Part shown: piece after piece, positions 1 through 14,202 of the stretch | Layout of the letters: each line of letters begins with the position of its first letter | Numbering within the stretch: position 1 is the stretch's first letter | Source: Eledone cirrhosa | Taxonomy: Eukaryota | Reading direction: 5' to 3' | Assembly (NCBI GenBank): GCA_964016885.1 | Contig: OZ024743.1 | Span: forward strand, 42,780,001-42,844,000 | Length of the DNA: 64,000 nt | Notes under the pieces: model-generated | The model's database searches: none | What the model was told of the DNA's origin: nothing | What the model saw: the letters and a program-made list of their open reading frames with translations, nothing else | Made by a program: the position numbers and the translations under genes

Positions 1-51
1 GTATGTGTGTATATATATATGCATGTATGTGTATGTGTGTATGTATGTATG

Positions 52-130
<79 letters not shown>

Positions 131-252
131 ATGTTTATATTTGTATATATGTGTGTATTTGTGTGTTTATATATGTGTGTGTGTAGGTGTATACATGTGT
201 ATATATGTATATGTGAGTGTGTTTGTATATATATGTATATATATATATATAT
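1..252. repeat. (AT)n/(GT)n mixed microsatellite
   Basis: Pure and degenerate TA/TG dinucleotide runs; the overlapping YI/CV-rich ORFs are artefacts. Confidence 0.97.
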
Positions 253-941
253 GCGAAGAAATACCTGTGATGGTTGGAAGATCACTGATGAGGACCACTT
301 TATTCATATGTAACCCAATTGAAACCACGCAGCACGTTTATTCTCATATTTACACATATTTTTCCCCACGCCGTGACCCGTCTATTTCGTTCTTACTGCT
401 TCCTCTTTCTCTGTATCTTTACCCTCTGTAACAGTCACTCTCTCTGTTAGCCTCTTCTTCACCCTTCACTCACTCACTCTCTGTTACTACCTCTCCTCCT
501 CCTCCTTCTTCCCGTTTCACCTGTGCATAATCCTTTTCTTTCGCACGCTTGGTCAGGCTGGTTCGCCTTTTTTTCTCTCTCTCGTCTACGATTTCACAGA
601 ACTTATGTTCACCGAATTCACAGACTAGATTCCTTCTTCCTCCCGTTAAACCTGTACGGAATTCCTTCCTTGCTCACATTCCAACCACGTTTGATGGTCT
701 TTATTCTCTCTCGTTCACGATTTCACCGAACTTATATTCATGGAAATTTGGGACTTGACTGGTTCTTCCTCACCTTTCGCCGCTTCACCATCTTTGTTTG
801 TTTACACTCTCGCTGTCCCCTTTATTTATACGTGTCCCAACGACTTTTTTTAGCCGTTGCTCGCACCAACCGGAGGTATATGGTCTTTAAAGCGAAGAAA
901 TACCTGTGATGGCTGGAAAATCACTGATGAGGACCACTTTA

Positions 942-948
<7 letters not shown>
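253..948. mobile_element. ~640-bp non-coding element with 57-bp terminal direct repeats, between (AT)n tracts (pLTR/retrozyme-like)
   Basis: gcgaagaaatacctgtgatgg...cactgatgaggaccactttattcatat at 253-309 and 892-948. The pyrimidine-rich body resembles 56646-57279. Confidence 0.7.
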
Positions 949-1016
<68 letters not shown>

Positions 1017-1175
1017 ATGTATATCTATGTATATTTGTATGTATGTGTATATATGTTATGTATATGTGTACATGTGTGTATGTGTGTATGTTTATGTATG
1101 TGTATATGTATATGTATATATATATATGTATGTGTGTATATATATGTATATGTATATATGTGTATACATGGTATA

Positions 1176-1218
<43 letters not shown>

Positions 1219-1439
1219 ATATGTTTATATGGTTCTATGTGTGTATATATATGTATGTATATGTGTATATATGTGTGTGTGTGTATGTGTATATATATAT
1301 ATATGTATATGTATATGTGTATATGTGTATATATGTGTATATGTGTATATGTAGGTGTATGTATATATGTGTATATGTATATGTATATTTATATATATAT
1401 ATATATATACATATATATATGTGTGTGTATATATTTATA

Positions 1440-1493
<54 letters not shown>

Positions 1494-1545
1494 GGTGTAT
1501 ATGGGTGCGCGTGAGTGTGTGAGTGAGTGTGTTTGTGAATGTGTC
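949..1545. repeat. (AT)n/(GT)n microsatellite
   Basis: Dinucleotide runs. Confidence 0.97.
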
Positions 1546-2035
1546 TGTTGAATTTTGGAATATAGCTTAAGAGAAACCTGAAGATAATGGTATGACATGC
1601 ACTCAATATTTTGAACTGGTCTATAGAATTCTCTAGGCCTTTGTCACTAAGTAGAACCTTAAAGAATTAGCTTTTAAAGAATTTCCCTTTTCTTTAAATC
1701 CATCAACCATGACTGACTCCCAATGATCTTATAGACACCTGAAATCTAGGCATTGTTAGCTTAAGAGAAACTTGAAAATAAGGAGTGGCACCCCATTCTG
1801 AACTTGTTTATAGAATTCTTTCTGCCTTTGTTACTCTAAATATAAACTATAGCTTTGAAGAAATAGCTTTTAATGAATTCCCTTTTCTATCAACCAATGA
1901 CCTACACCCATCCCACTTCCTACCCTCTCCTACCACCTGAAGAGACCTATAAATACCATATCTATTTTTTGATACCCATATTCCTGATGATTTCTAAAGA
2001 ATGAAACAGTTCTAGTCTTGTAGAATCTGTAGAAT
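1546..2035 (+). mobile_element. PLE pLTR-like remnant with internal ~190-bp duplication, ending in (AT)n
   Basis: agcttaagagaaac...tatagaattc...gcctttgt repeated at about 1565 and 1758; tataaatacca motif and HHR shared with 3330-3890. Confidence 0.6.
1980..2026 (+). ncRNA. Type I hammerhead ribozyme motif
   Basis: ATTC-CTGATGA-TTTC(TAAA)GAAT-GAAA-CAG(TTCTAGTC)TTG-TA-GAAT; stems I and III pair, stem II is weak. Confidence 0.72.
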
Positions 2036-2279
2036 ATATATATATATATATATATTAGAAAGATCGAGTATCGAAAAATCGGCGCACGAGTTCACGATAA
2101 ACGAAATTCGATATGAGCGGCAGAGGGCTCAATAATTCAGATGAATCAGAGCTATAACTATCGTTAAAATACCGTCACATATAGAACAAGTCTACAATCA
2201 ACCATACGATTTAAAATCGATAAAGGAAGATTCGGGCCAAACAGATAAAAAATATCAATAAAACAATACGTCAATAATT

Positions 2280-3310
<1,031 letters not shown>

Positions 3311-3329
3311 GTATGTAAATATATTTTAT

Positions 3330-3889
3330 TCTTTCCATCCTACTAAAACACTCTGGCCACCTGTGGCTTGTATGTTAACTTGACCACTCACCCCAGTCTG
3401 TGCCATGATTCGGTCTTGTTAAATGTTTAATTTCTATTACCAACCCACCTAAACAATTTCCCTACTATATATCTGTTGAATTACTATTCTTGGGGTTTTT
3501 ATTTATTTATTTTTTATTTATTTCTTTATTTATTTTATTTATTTATTCATTTATCTATTTATTTATTCATTTATTTATTTATTTACTTATTTATTTATTT
3601 CAAAAAAGCACTCTGGCTAATTGACCACTCCCCATAGAAAAAAAGGCCTGTGCCATGAAGTGGTCCTGTGTATCTAAATACCATCCCCCCCATCCACCAC
3701 CCTCCCTTGCCACTACCTAAATGTATAAATACCAGAACTTAATATGACACCCAGCTTCCTGAAGATTTCATCTGAATGAAACAGTACTAGTCCTGTAGAA
3801 GCTCCTTCTATAAAATAAAAAAAATGTACTCTGCCATGTATTGAGTACCTTACTTACTGTGGTTATCCCCGACTCAACCCGGGACCTAC

Positions 3890-3890
<1 letters not shown>
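3330..3890 (+). mobile_element. PLE pLTR-like remnant ending in (AT)n
   Basis: Internal repeat cactctggc...ttgaccactc...ctgtgccatga at about 3349 and 3609 around (TTTA)n; carries an HHR; its 3' end recurs inverted at 14095-14160. Confidence 0.6.
3753..3803 (+). ncRNA. Type I hammerhead ribozyme motif
   Basis: AGCTTC-CTGAAGA-TTTCA(TC)TGAAT-GAAA-CAG(TACTAGTC)CTG-TA-GAAGCT; perfect 6-bp stem I and 4-bp stem III. Confidence 0.85.
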
Positions 3891-3978
<88 letters not shown>

Positions 3979-4148
3979 TACATATATATGTATATGTATA
4001 TATATATATCAGAGCAAACAGCACGGACACTTTATCTCAAAATTATTTTTGAAAAGCATTTTGAAATGCGCAACCGGTAAAAACTTAAAAACTTAAAACC
4101 ACAACTGAATACTAACCCATACAATCAGTAATACTCTTTTATTCCTAA

Positions 4149-5091
4149 CTAGCAGTAAAGCCCGGCGTTGCTCGGGGTCGCTCAGTAGCTGTGTTAAAGT
4201 TACAATGTTAAGTTTCTTTTTTGCCTTAAAAACTGTAGTGTCTACTGTGCAGACTTGCATGTGGTGTTTTTGATTAATATTCCCTCAACCAACAATATGC
4301 CTTATGAAGTTAAGAAAACATAACGATAACCCGAACGTTATAACAAAAGAGGATGCTGGGGATAAAAACTGCACTGGTTATTTATTAACAAAGATCGAAA
4401 ATGTAAACACTGCAACGCAGAGAAAAACATTAGCGTAACCAAATTATCAGTTATGTCTGTCTGCACGCCTATATCACCTCTCTGCACGACTGTCTGTCTG
4501 CACGCCTATATCACCTCTCTGCACGACTATCTGTCTGCACGCGTATATCACCTCTCTGCACGACTGTCTGTCTGCACGCCTAACGAAATTTACAGATACA
4601 TATATTTTAAATAAACTTATATAATTTTTGCTTTTTTTTACGAAATATTTGCTTGTTTTACGTAGTCTTTAAATAGACTTGTTTTCAAGTAAAAATATTG
4701 TTTTAAAAGGCTTTTAAATGGAAATGAAGCAAAACGGAAGCTTAGTGTTCGAACTGATGAATTTTGCAGGTCAAAATTTTGCTGGCTCGACAACTGTTCG
4801 TGTATTGTGTTAATGTCATTTTAAACGCTGAGAAAGCCAGCGTAAAACGTAAGACGCTCAATGTAAACAGAACAAAGGGAAATAACTCGTCACTTACGCT
4901 CAAAAATCGATACATTAGATTCGATTTCGTCACATAGGGTGGGTCAATTTGAAATATTTTTTTCCGATGTCTTCGCTAGGGCTCAATGTACAAGTATAGC
5001 AATTTCGGTGCAATTCCGTCAGAGATTCTAAGAGGAGATGTGTGCCAAAAATCGATAGACAGACAGACAACCACAGCTTTATATATATAGA
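4149..5091 (-). mobile_element. Non-autonomous Helitron
   Basis: Minus strand starts A|TC(tatatatataaagc) and ends CTAG|T, with a subterminal GC hairpin (cccggcgttgctcggg, 4161-4176) and a (CAGA)n tract near the 5' end. Confidence 0.8.
4455..4581. repeat. 37-bp minisatellite x3 inside the Helitron
   Basis: tgtctgtctgcacgcctatatcacctctctgcacgac repeated. Confidence 0.95.
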
Positions 5092-5143
5092 TTAAACCAT
5101 TTTTCAACTGTGAACAATTTGTCAGCATTTTCTATTCCGTTTA

Positions 5144-5258
<115 letters not shown>

Positions 5259-6289
5259 TTATATATTTGTATATATACAAAAACGGAAGTGTACAATGCA
5301 ATTACATTGCATATTCATAAGAATAATAAAAAATATGGGGAAAATTGTTTTTACATACATATTTAGGGAGAACATTTCACATTTTTGTCAATAGTTTTCT
5401 GTCTTTCTGTCTCACTTAGTGCTGATAATGCATCTACTTCAGGCGAAACTGCAGCGAGTACCCAACTCTAAAATTATCTCCTTCCACAAATTAAGGAAGA
5501 TATACTACAAACATGCACACTGCATGTCAATTTTTAACACCAACAGATAAACTAAGAATGCCAGCATTAGAGACAGAAATACCAAAATAGATATTTTTGG
5601 AAACAATTATTTACTCAGTCAAGTCTAAGGTCACTCAATCATTTAAGCCATAGGTTCTCAACCCATTTTGTCCCTTGGAATCACGAAACGCCCCTACCCT
5701 ATTTTTCCATTTTTCAATATACTACTGATTTTGATATCTGTAGATTACTAAAAAATTGATTAACAATATTCCAAAGATACCATTGCAGGCAACTGAGAGT
5801 ATAAATACATTCCTTGAAAGGAAATATATAAATTTCAAAAAGAGGAATATAAATGTTTATTTTATGAATAAGGACCAGTTGAATTTGTTATATTCCCACC
5901 AGGCGATACCAACTATTTTGAACATCTATACAAGAGCAACTCTATCCAAAGAGTGCTCTTATCTGGAAGAAAGTGGCAATTATATCATTTCAAAACTTCC
6001 CAATTTTCCCTTTAATGAAACAGACAGAATAAATGTTGATATCTAACTTGCTGTCCCCTCTGCTTTGTGAGCTTAGAGACCACGGAAGAGGGTTTTCATG
6101 ACCACGCGGGAGGGTATATTTATTAGTAAATGGTAAAATATATACAACAAATGAGTAAGTGAATTGTAGTAGATGGTTTCCAGTCCAGTCAGAGTGCAAC
6201 TACAAATAAAAGAAATTGTTAGTTTGCTTTGTAACAATAGCATATGTAAGTTTTCGGATAAATCAACTTATTTTAACTTTGACCTCACT

Positions 6290-7260
6290 TCAATGGGACC
6301 CTTGAACTTCATGGAGTTTAGCTAACTCTCTGACGTCAGGCTGGATTTTCGTGAGATGTAGCCGGAGATCTCCATATGTAATTACATTGTATCGGTTGCG
6401 AGCCTTAGTGTGCAGTCTGAATTTCCTCTTGCATCCCAAAAAGGGGTTCACCTATTTTTGGAAATCTAATTTTGATCATATCATCTGCTTGAAGTTCAAT
6501 GAATCCTTCCTGAAATATAACGTCCAAATCATCGACGGTAGCTATATAGGGATCTACTACCACATTGGGATGTCCATCGCAAAAGGTCGACAAACCGTTC
6601 TCTCATGTTGTCTTGTAGCGCACGGAGGTGAGCGGTATAAATTTGGAGTTGGTCATCGCTTACAATGTTTTGAATATTGTCGAAACTAGGAAAATTATAG
6701 AATTCCCGTCAACAAAGATTCCTTTCGATGACATTCAATTTGGCCAGGAATGTTTTCACAGCATTCCTTGCTTTAAGCAAGGTGATCGTCTTGCCCTGCA
6801 AAGCCAAAATGACGCTATCGCATTTGTCGACGATGTCGGTGAGGTAGGCGCAGTTTTTCCCCATATCGAGGGTTTTCTTGTACAGTTCTGTGTTGCGTCC
6901 TCGCAGAAACTCAATGATAGAATCAAACAGTTCAAAGAAGTGAGTAAGGCACTTGCCCTTTGAAAGCCACCTCACTTCATTATGAAGGAGCATCTTGACG
7001 AATTCTTCGTCATTATCTTGGCACAGTTGCCCGAAAATTCGTTCATTGAGGGAATGCCGTTCGATAAAATTGATGACATAAGGGAACACCTGCAAAGGAC
7101 TTGCTCAGTGGCTTGCTGAGTTTCTTCACAGCCAAGTGTTGTCGATGAATGACACAATGAACAACAAATACAGATAGATTTTCTCTCTTCAGATGATTGA
7201 CGAAACCCTTATGTTGGCCGACCATTGCTCTTGCGTCGTCCGTAGCACAGGATACAATGT
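6290..7260 (-). pseudogene. hAT transposase fragment (ZBED8/SCAND3/FAM200-like)
   Basis: Motifs HCVIHRQHLAVKKLS, LLHNEVRWLSKGKCL and AYLTDI, with frameshifts. Confidence 0.88.
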
Positions 7261-7665
7261 GTGTTGTATTTGGTCCTAGATGTATGTATTACCTGCCTGT
7301 GTGTTGTAGGTAGTCATATATGTATGTATGACCTGCTTATGTATTGTATGTGGTCCTAGATGTATGTATTACCTGATTATGTGTTGTATGTTGTCCTAGA
7401 TGTTTGTATTACCTGATTATGTTTTGTATGTGGTCCTAGATGTTTGTATTACCTGCTAATGTGTTGTATGTGGTCCTAAATGTATGTATTACTTGCCTGT
7501 GTGTTGTATGTGGTCCTAGATGTGTGTGCTACCTCCTTATGTGTTGCATCTGGTCCTAGATGTGTGTATTACCTGCTTATGTGTTGTATGTGGTCCTAGA
7601 TGTGCGTATTATCTGATTATGTGTTATATGTGGGCCTAGATGTGTGTGCTACCCGCTTCTGTGTT
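7256..7665. repeat. ~40-bp minisatellite (about 10 units)
   Basis: gtgttgtatgtggtcctagatgtatgtattacctgcttat units, abutting the point where transposase homology ends. Confidence 0.95.
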
Positions 7666-8302
7666 TTTTTCTTTTTTTATTTGTAATATTATTTATACAA
7701 TAAGAAATAAAATAGATCTAAATAGTGTTAACTCGTTACGGTTGAGTCAATAATTTCAGACATGAAATACATTGTTATCGGTGAAGGAAAAACAAGATTC
7801 TAACTGGCTGCGCTTGAAGTGTCCTTGACCCAGTTGACTGTGGGTTTTACCATTGTTAGGATCTCAATTGCCGGTTATTGTCTAAACACGCCTGTACACC
7901 TGCTCACAGCTGCAGTCAGACCATAGTTATGCTGTCTGCATGCTCATTCAAATGCATTCACACTGGCTGTCTCAAAGACATATAAATATGGCTTATAAAA
8001 CTTACCAAAGTAAAGAGCCTTCCAGTGCACTCCAAAGCTCCAAACTCCCCCCTAAAGCCCCCTCGCTCCCAAACGTCCCCTGGAGTTCCGAAACGCCCCC
8101 TGGGTGTGCATATGCCCGCCGTTGAGAACCTTTGATTTAAGCCAATGCCACGGGCAGCTCCTCTTACAATTATTAACAGTGACACTATTACTGATATGCC
8201 CTCTGTCACCCCTTCTGCTTCGCCCACCCCTTCTCTGTCTTCCCCTTCCTCCCTGTCCACAGCCCTGGTATTATGACCACACCAATCCAGTCTTCTTCGT
8301 CA

Positions 8303-8458
<156 letters not shown>

Positions 8459-8745
8459 ACCTCAACAGTCGAAGCCACCAGATTGAACAGAACTGATTCT
8501 TCCCTGCCGCTACCACCACTGTTGATAAGGCTAAGGTCAACACTAAGAGAGAAAGAAAGAAAACTAAAGACAAACATTTTCTCCCGAAATATGTATGTAA
8601 AAACAATTTTTCCTTCTATTCTTATTAATATGAAATTTAATTGCATTATACACTTCCGTCATGCTTGCCAACATGACTCGGAATTTGCGTTACGCTTCGC
8701 TCTTTCTACCTGCCGAAATGCGATTCTCGCTGAATTTATATTTGT

Positions 8746-8818
<73 letters not shown>

Positions 8819-8819
8819 C

Positions 8820-8874
<55 letters not shown>

Positions 8875-8875
8875 C

Positions 8876-8938
<63 letters not shown>

Positions 8939-9176
8939 TATAATATGTATAAATATTTCGTATCACCAAGGAAATAAGGTTTTAGGAAGCCGTAGCTATG
9001 CAAACACCGGGGGGGGGGATAATGCCGTCTGGTGATGTCCAGCAGAAACAAGGGGGACAACCGTCTATGCATTTCAGGCTTAAGTGGCCTCCATCAGGAC
9101 GGTCCCTCCCACCGCTTGCGACTGCTGGACTAGAAAACAGGCGAGAATATATATTTTTCTCGTCTGTATATATATA

Positions 9177-9363
9177 ACGAAGGAGGTGTGGTAAGGAACC
9201 AGATGGACCATAACGCACCAGAGTACTCAATAATTAAGGTGGTAGAGTGGGTAATAGAAAAAAACGTGACACCGACGGCAGAGCTCAAGCCATCTCGACG
9301 GCTATTTCAGTCCAGAAATAGCTGTCGAAACGGCTTGAGCTCTGCTGTCGGGGTCACACTTTT

Positions 9364-9369
<6 letters not shown>
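9177..9369. mobile_element. ~190-bp fold-back mini-element between TA tracts (hairpin 9254-9369)
   Basis: Imperfect palindrome; homologous to 56410-56610 and 58141-58341. Confidence 0.8.
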
Positions 9370-9400
<31 letters not shown>

Positions 9401-9656
9401 TAAATATACACGGGTGTGTATGATTGTGCATAGAAGATTATATTAATTAGTTTGCAATTTTCAACGGTTGAAAATTGCAAATTTGACTGTCACCACTGAA
9501 TATGATCTTGAAGATTGCGAAAGCATGAAAGAACTTATTCAGTTAACACTTAACATTTGATATTCTACCATACTATTTCATTATAATATCATTATAATTT
9601 TAAAGGATTGTAAATAAAACGAGTAAATCAGACAAATTTGGAATTCCTTTAATTAA

Positions 9657-9747
<91 letters not shown>

Positions 9748-9991
9748 CACATATTTTACCTGCTACATTCTACTATACATTGTAACACGTGGATATTCTA
9801 TTTCATTAGATATTTGGTAATAAAATGTTTAAATATAATCTTTAGACAGCGGCTCAATCGTTGATGTTGTATAAAGAAACTTAAAAACTATTATACAAGC
9901 TTGAAGCGCACTCTGTGATATACAAATAAAATAAAAAATAGATGCAAATTTCCAGTTGGTTAGTTCAATAACATGATGGATGGTTATTTAT

Positions 9992-10036
9992 TGTCAAAGC
10001 TCTTCCGTCACACATTTTATGACGTCCTCAGTGACA
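9992..10036 (-). ncRNA. Degenerate minimal hammerhead (Neptune-like pLTR)
   Basis: Minus strand: TGTCA-CTGAGGA-C-GTCATA(AAATG)TGTGAC-GGAA-GAGC-TT-TGACA; homologous to 15138-15182, with GAAA changed to GGAA. Confidence 0.65.
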
Positions 10037-10087
10037 TATTTGTTGTTTTGTGTCTCTCCTTCGTCCTGTGCTTCAACATCAACTGTA

Positions 10088-10182
10088 TTTTTATTGGCAG
10101 CCTAAGCCTCCCAAAGTATAACAATATCTGTTTCAACACGTTTTCAGAGGAAACATTTCCCAAACAAATTCAAATACGAAGT
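10088..10182 (+). mobile_element. PLE pLTR end including a decayed ORF start
   Basis: Encodes [11 protein letters not shown], matching [13 protein letters not shown] at 24783; ends in (TA)n. Confidence 0.7.
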
Positions 10183-10255
10183 ATATATATATGTCCCAAG
10201 GCTCTGATAGCATCAACACCATAAACACAGAGCTGGCATATCTAACAACTGACTA

Positions 10256-10311
10256 ACTGCCTGATGAGGTCATAGCCATTCAATGGCTATCATCGAAATA
10301 TATATAGCAGT
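10256..10311 (+). ncRNA. Type I hammerhead with palindromic (UA) stem III
   Basis: ACTGC-CTGATGA-GGT-C-ATAGCCAT(TCA)ATGGCTAT-C-ATC-GAAA-TATATA-TA-GCAGT. Confidence 0.85.
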
Positions 10312-10353
10312 AAATAAAGGATTATGAGTTCATGTAATTGACTTATGTTTCGT

Positions 10354-10431
<78 letters not shown>

Positions 10432-10884
10432 TCACGCACTCACGCACACACACATGTATATATATATATATTATATTACATGAAAGAATACTAGTATTTG
10501 AATACGCAAACTTAAGTTAAATTGCTGAGTGATGTCTAGAATTAACCATAACAAAATTTGTTTTCTATTCTTTTGAAAGATGTCACTTTGAATAAAAATT
10601 GGAAATCGATATGAGTAAAGAATACAATAAATAAGTTGATACAGTTTTTTTATTTTACTATTTTGTTGGTGTTGTTGAATTTGCCTCACGCCGACAAAAG
10701 AAAAGATAATATTAATTTCAGTTGTCTTCTTTTAGTATTATAAAATTGTTATATCCTATATTTTCCTCTCATATCCACTCTTAGAGTTCATTGCCATATA
10801 GGAACTGAGTACATTTCCACCTCAACGATCGCTTTATATCCGGATCTTCATTTACTCTCATCTGCTTTCTATCTTCAAAGCAGC

Positions 10885-11010
10885 TAATGGGCAGAGTAGC
10901 GAGGACGTCAGGTTATATGCATAGGTATATGTTTCAGTTCTTATCACTCTGAATTCAACTCCCGCCGACGTCAGTTTTGCCTTTCACAATTTCGTGGTCA
11001 CTAAATTGCT
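10885..11010 (+). mobile_element. Degenerate tRNA-derived SINE
   Basis: B-box-like gaattcaactcccgccga followed by ttttgcctttca, as in 11296-11479. Confidence 0.5.
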
Positions 11011-11069
11011 AGTTCATTACTGAGAGCGATTCCTTCTACATTTATCTTTACCACTTTCTCACCTACAGT

Positions 11070-11649
11070 CTCGCCTGCGGCAGATCTTCAAGAAATATGA
11101 CTGCGTTCCTCGAGATCTGCTGTGGAATGTTCTGCAGCAGTATGGGATCGATGGTCAGCTCCATGATGCCCTGTCTTTACTATACGTATGTTCAAATATT
11201 TGTGTTCGAAAACATGGTGCTACATCAAAACCATTCAATGTGGGAGTCCGAATTCGCCAAGAGTCCGTTTTGTGTCATCTCTTGTTTATTATTTTTGGCA
11301 GTATCGGTAGAGGGTCAGACGCCATGCTTTGCAGCAAAGAGTTACGGCCCTTTATGGTCTGAGGTCAAATCCCGCCGAGGTTGACTTTGCCTTTCATCTT
11401 TACGGGGTCGATAAAATAATGTACCAGTAATACACAGATTTAATTGCTGGCCTTGTGCCAACAGTAGAAACAATTATTTACATGAACAGGATTGATATGC
11501 GCAGCCAGGTTGGAAGTGGTATCTGTCGACTGCAGACAACATGGTGTTACTTCACCCAACGGGAGGTAACCTCCGAATTCCACTCGATATGTTTGATGCC
11601 GAGTCCTGCGTAGCTGGAATGAAAATTATATCAGTGCTGAGAAAATTGA

Positions 11650-11703
<54 letters not shown>

Positions 11704-12165
11704 CTCTCTTTCTCTTACAGACAAGGAAGCCTGCGAAGTGCACGCTACAAAATGGAGGTCCACTGAAGCATGCAAAGTTTAAGTATCTCGGGGCTACGTT
11801 CACGAGTGATGGAAGACAGGAGGCTGAATTAAATGGAAGAATTGTAGGATCCGGTGCAGGAATGAGCCAGCGTCAGCTTTCAGTAATCAGAATCAATTCG
11901 CTATTCGTACCAATATTTACCTATGTCATGAAACCTTTGGCAATGACCGAAATAATACGATCGCGAATAGAAGCGGCCGATATGGGGTTCCTTCGAAGCG
12001 TTTTTAGCATAGGGTCACTGGATAGAGTGTGTAACTTAGAGATGAGACATTCACTTCAGGTAGAGCCGCTCCTATGGGTATGTGGTTAACATTTATCAGA
12101 AAAGTATTGCTGGGCAGATTTTACGGGCAAAACCAACCAGAAGGAGTCCCAGTTGTAGACCCCAT
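11070..12165 (+). pseudogene. RTE-clade LINE RT fragment interrupted by a SINE and (CT)n
   Basis: YDCVPRDLLWNVLQQYGIDGQL; FKYLGATFTSDGRQEAELNGRI; RSRIEAADMGFLR. Confidence 0.75.
11296..11479 (+). mobile_element. tRNA-derived SINE (octopus-type, Nin/Deu-like central domain)
   Basis: A box tggcagtatcgg, B box gaggtcaaatcc, core gcctttcatctttacggggtcgataaa, tail agaaacaattatt. Confidence 0.85.
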
Positions 12166-12378
12166 ATATGTGTATGTGTGTGTGTGTCTGCGTGAAAATA
12201 GGTGTTTTCTGAACAGAACGGAAGCATTGCATTAATAGACACGATAGGTTTTATTTTATATAGAAATTATTTCATCAGGAATTGATATGTTTCATTCGTT
12301 TGAGAATCAGATAATTCGTGTCAAGTCGTATACTTATATATGTGAAGTCTGCGTAGTAGTAGCAGCAGCAGCAGCAGC

Positions 12379-12458
12379 AGAAGAAGAAGAAGAAGAAGAA
12401 GAAGAAGAAGAAGAAGAAGAAGAAGAAGAAGAAGAAGAAGAAGAAGAAGAAGAAGAAG

Positions 12459-12488
<30 letters not shown>
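12379..12488. repeat. (GAA)n microsatellite
   Basis: Pure run preceded by (GCA)n. Confidence 0.99.
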
Positions 12489-12490
<2 letters not shown>

Positions 12491-13023
12491 TTATTATACT
12501 ATAAAAAATAAAAGAAACACAACAAAAAACAAAACTTATAGACATGTATATAGTATTAAAGTATACTAGCAGAAAAACCACCCTCGTGTGGTTTTCTGCT
12601 AGCATGTGTATTGTGTATATTGATATTATACACAGATATATATGCATGTAAATAAAATCGTAATTGACAATATACACAGAAATTGAACGAAGACTGTGTT
12701 ACACTGTCTTCTGTAATCTGTAACGTAATCCATGATACATTAAAAAAAAAGACGATATTATATATAAACTGCATTAGGAGAACATTAGCGACGGAAATGT
12801 ATGCGACTGGAAGTGTTGACACTTGACAATTTTAAAGAAATGAATCTTAAATAAGCTATAAAACATATTTAATCAACAGCCACGAAATTTAGTAGATAAA
12901 TTATGTAATATTTATTCATTATTTATTCAAAGTAATCCAACTTATTTTACAAACGGGGTAAAAAAAATATATTCTGGATGCAGTCCCGCACTCCTTTCTT
13001 TATTATAGTTAAGATATCTAAAA

Positions 13024-13180
13024 TAATTATTTCTACTTTTGGCACAAGGGCATCAATTATCTCAGTGTATTACTGGTACTTTATCTTATCGACCCCGTAA
13101 GAATGAAAGGCAAAGTGAACCTCGGCGGGATTTAAACTCAGAAAACATGGCGTCCGACTCTACCGATACTGCCAATCCAC
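13024..13180 (-). mobile_element. SINE, same family, internally deleted
   Basis: tttctacttttggcacaagg...tatcgaccccgtaagaatgaaaggcaaag...ctaccgatactgccaa. Confidence 0.82.
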
Positions 13181-13915
13181 ATCTAAAATAACATCCTGTG
13201 GGTGGCCATATACATAATGACTTATGAAAAAATTTCTTAATGAAGAAAACTTTGCTTCTTAGATGTGAAGAAATTACAAAGACATCTGCAACTTTTTACA
13301 ACCCTTGATTAAATGATGGATCATTTTCATGCAGCAATGTATATATTTCCTAGAATAGTTTATGCTTAGGCTTAGAATAATAATTTATATATCCCATTCA
13401 ATAACGCATTTATTACCATCCTGAATGATACCACCTATGACTGCATAACAAATAACCTCTAATTGTAAAGTGCTCATTTTCAAATTAACATTTTTCATTA
13501 TAATCTTAATTTAAAATATGTTCACAACACCCCACTAAAAACGAACAAATTCATATATTTTACTAAATAATTATAAATACCTGCTAATTTCCACTATTCG
13601 TTTTAACACATGGATAGTCTATTTTGCTTGATTGATGGTAACAAAAGATTTCAATATAATTCACACAGTCGCACAACAGTTGGGCACGTAGAAAGAAAGT
13701 AAAATCTATTATACCTCACTGAAGAATGCTCCATTATCTAGATATAGCAAAACAGAGTTTCAAGGCGCCCCGCAGTGGAACTTAATCTGACACAACCTGG
13801 TTGTGAAACTAACTTTTGAAAACGCCCACAAGTACATTTCGGTTTTTATATACATATACACATCCATCCATACATACATACATACACACACACGCACACG
13901 CACACACACTCACAT

Positions 13916-13991
<76 letters not shown>

Positions 13992-14012
13992 ATATATATA
14001 TATGTTCATATA

Positions 14013-14066
<54 letters not shown>

Positions 14067-14202
14067 GGGGGGGGGGGGGGGGTATTTGTGTGTGCGTATC
14101 CCAGGTTCAATCGGGGGTAACCACAGTAAGTAAGGAACACAATATGGATGAAGTATTGTATTTGTCTCTCTAGAGAGACACATACAACACTTCATCCACC
14201 GT

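Larger units (their letters stand above)
5649..8134 (-). mobile_element. Internally deleted Buster/Charlie-type hAT DNA transposon
   Basis: 14-bp TIRs CA(T/A)AGGTTCTCAAC at 5649 and 8121-8134; perfect 8-bp TSD ATTTAAGC (5641-5648, 8135-8142) of NNNTANNN type. Confidence 0.92.

Noticed and set aside
286-330. CTGATGA as a hammerhead core (also 926, 56656, 58370)
   Set aside because: No correctly placed stem II + GAAA + stem III.
7256-7665. CRISPR-like periodic array (also 4455-4581 and 29940-30315)
   Set aside because: No unique spacers and no cas genes; eukaryotic context.
9496-9530. HHR-like remnants here and at 13719-13760
   Set aside because: Core mismatches and no stem I closure.
11296-11380. 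tRNA gene
   Set aside because: A/B boxes only, followed by SINE core and tail; no cloverleaf.
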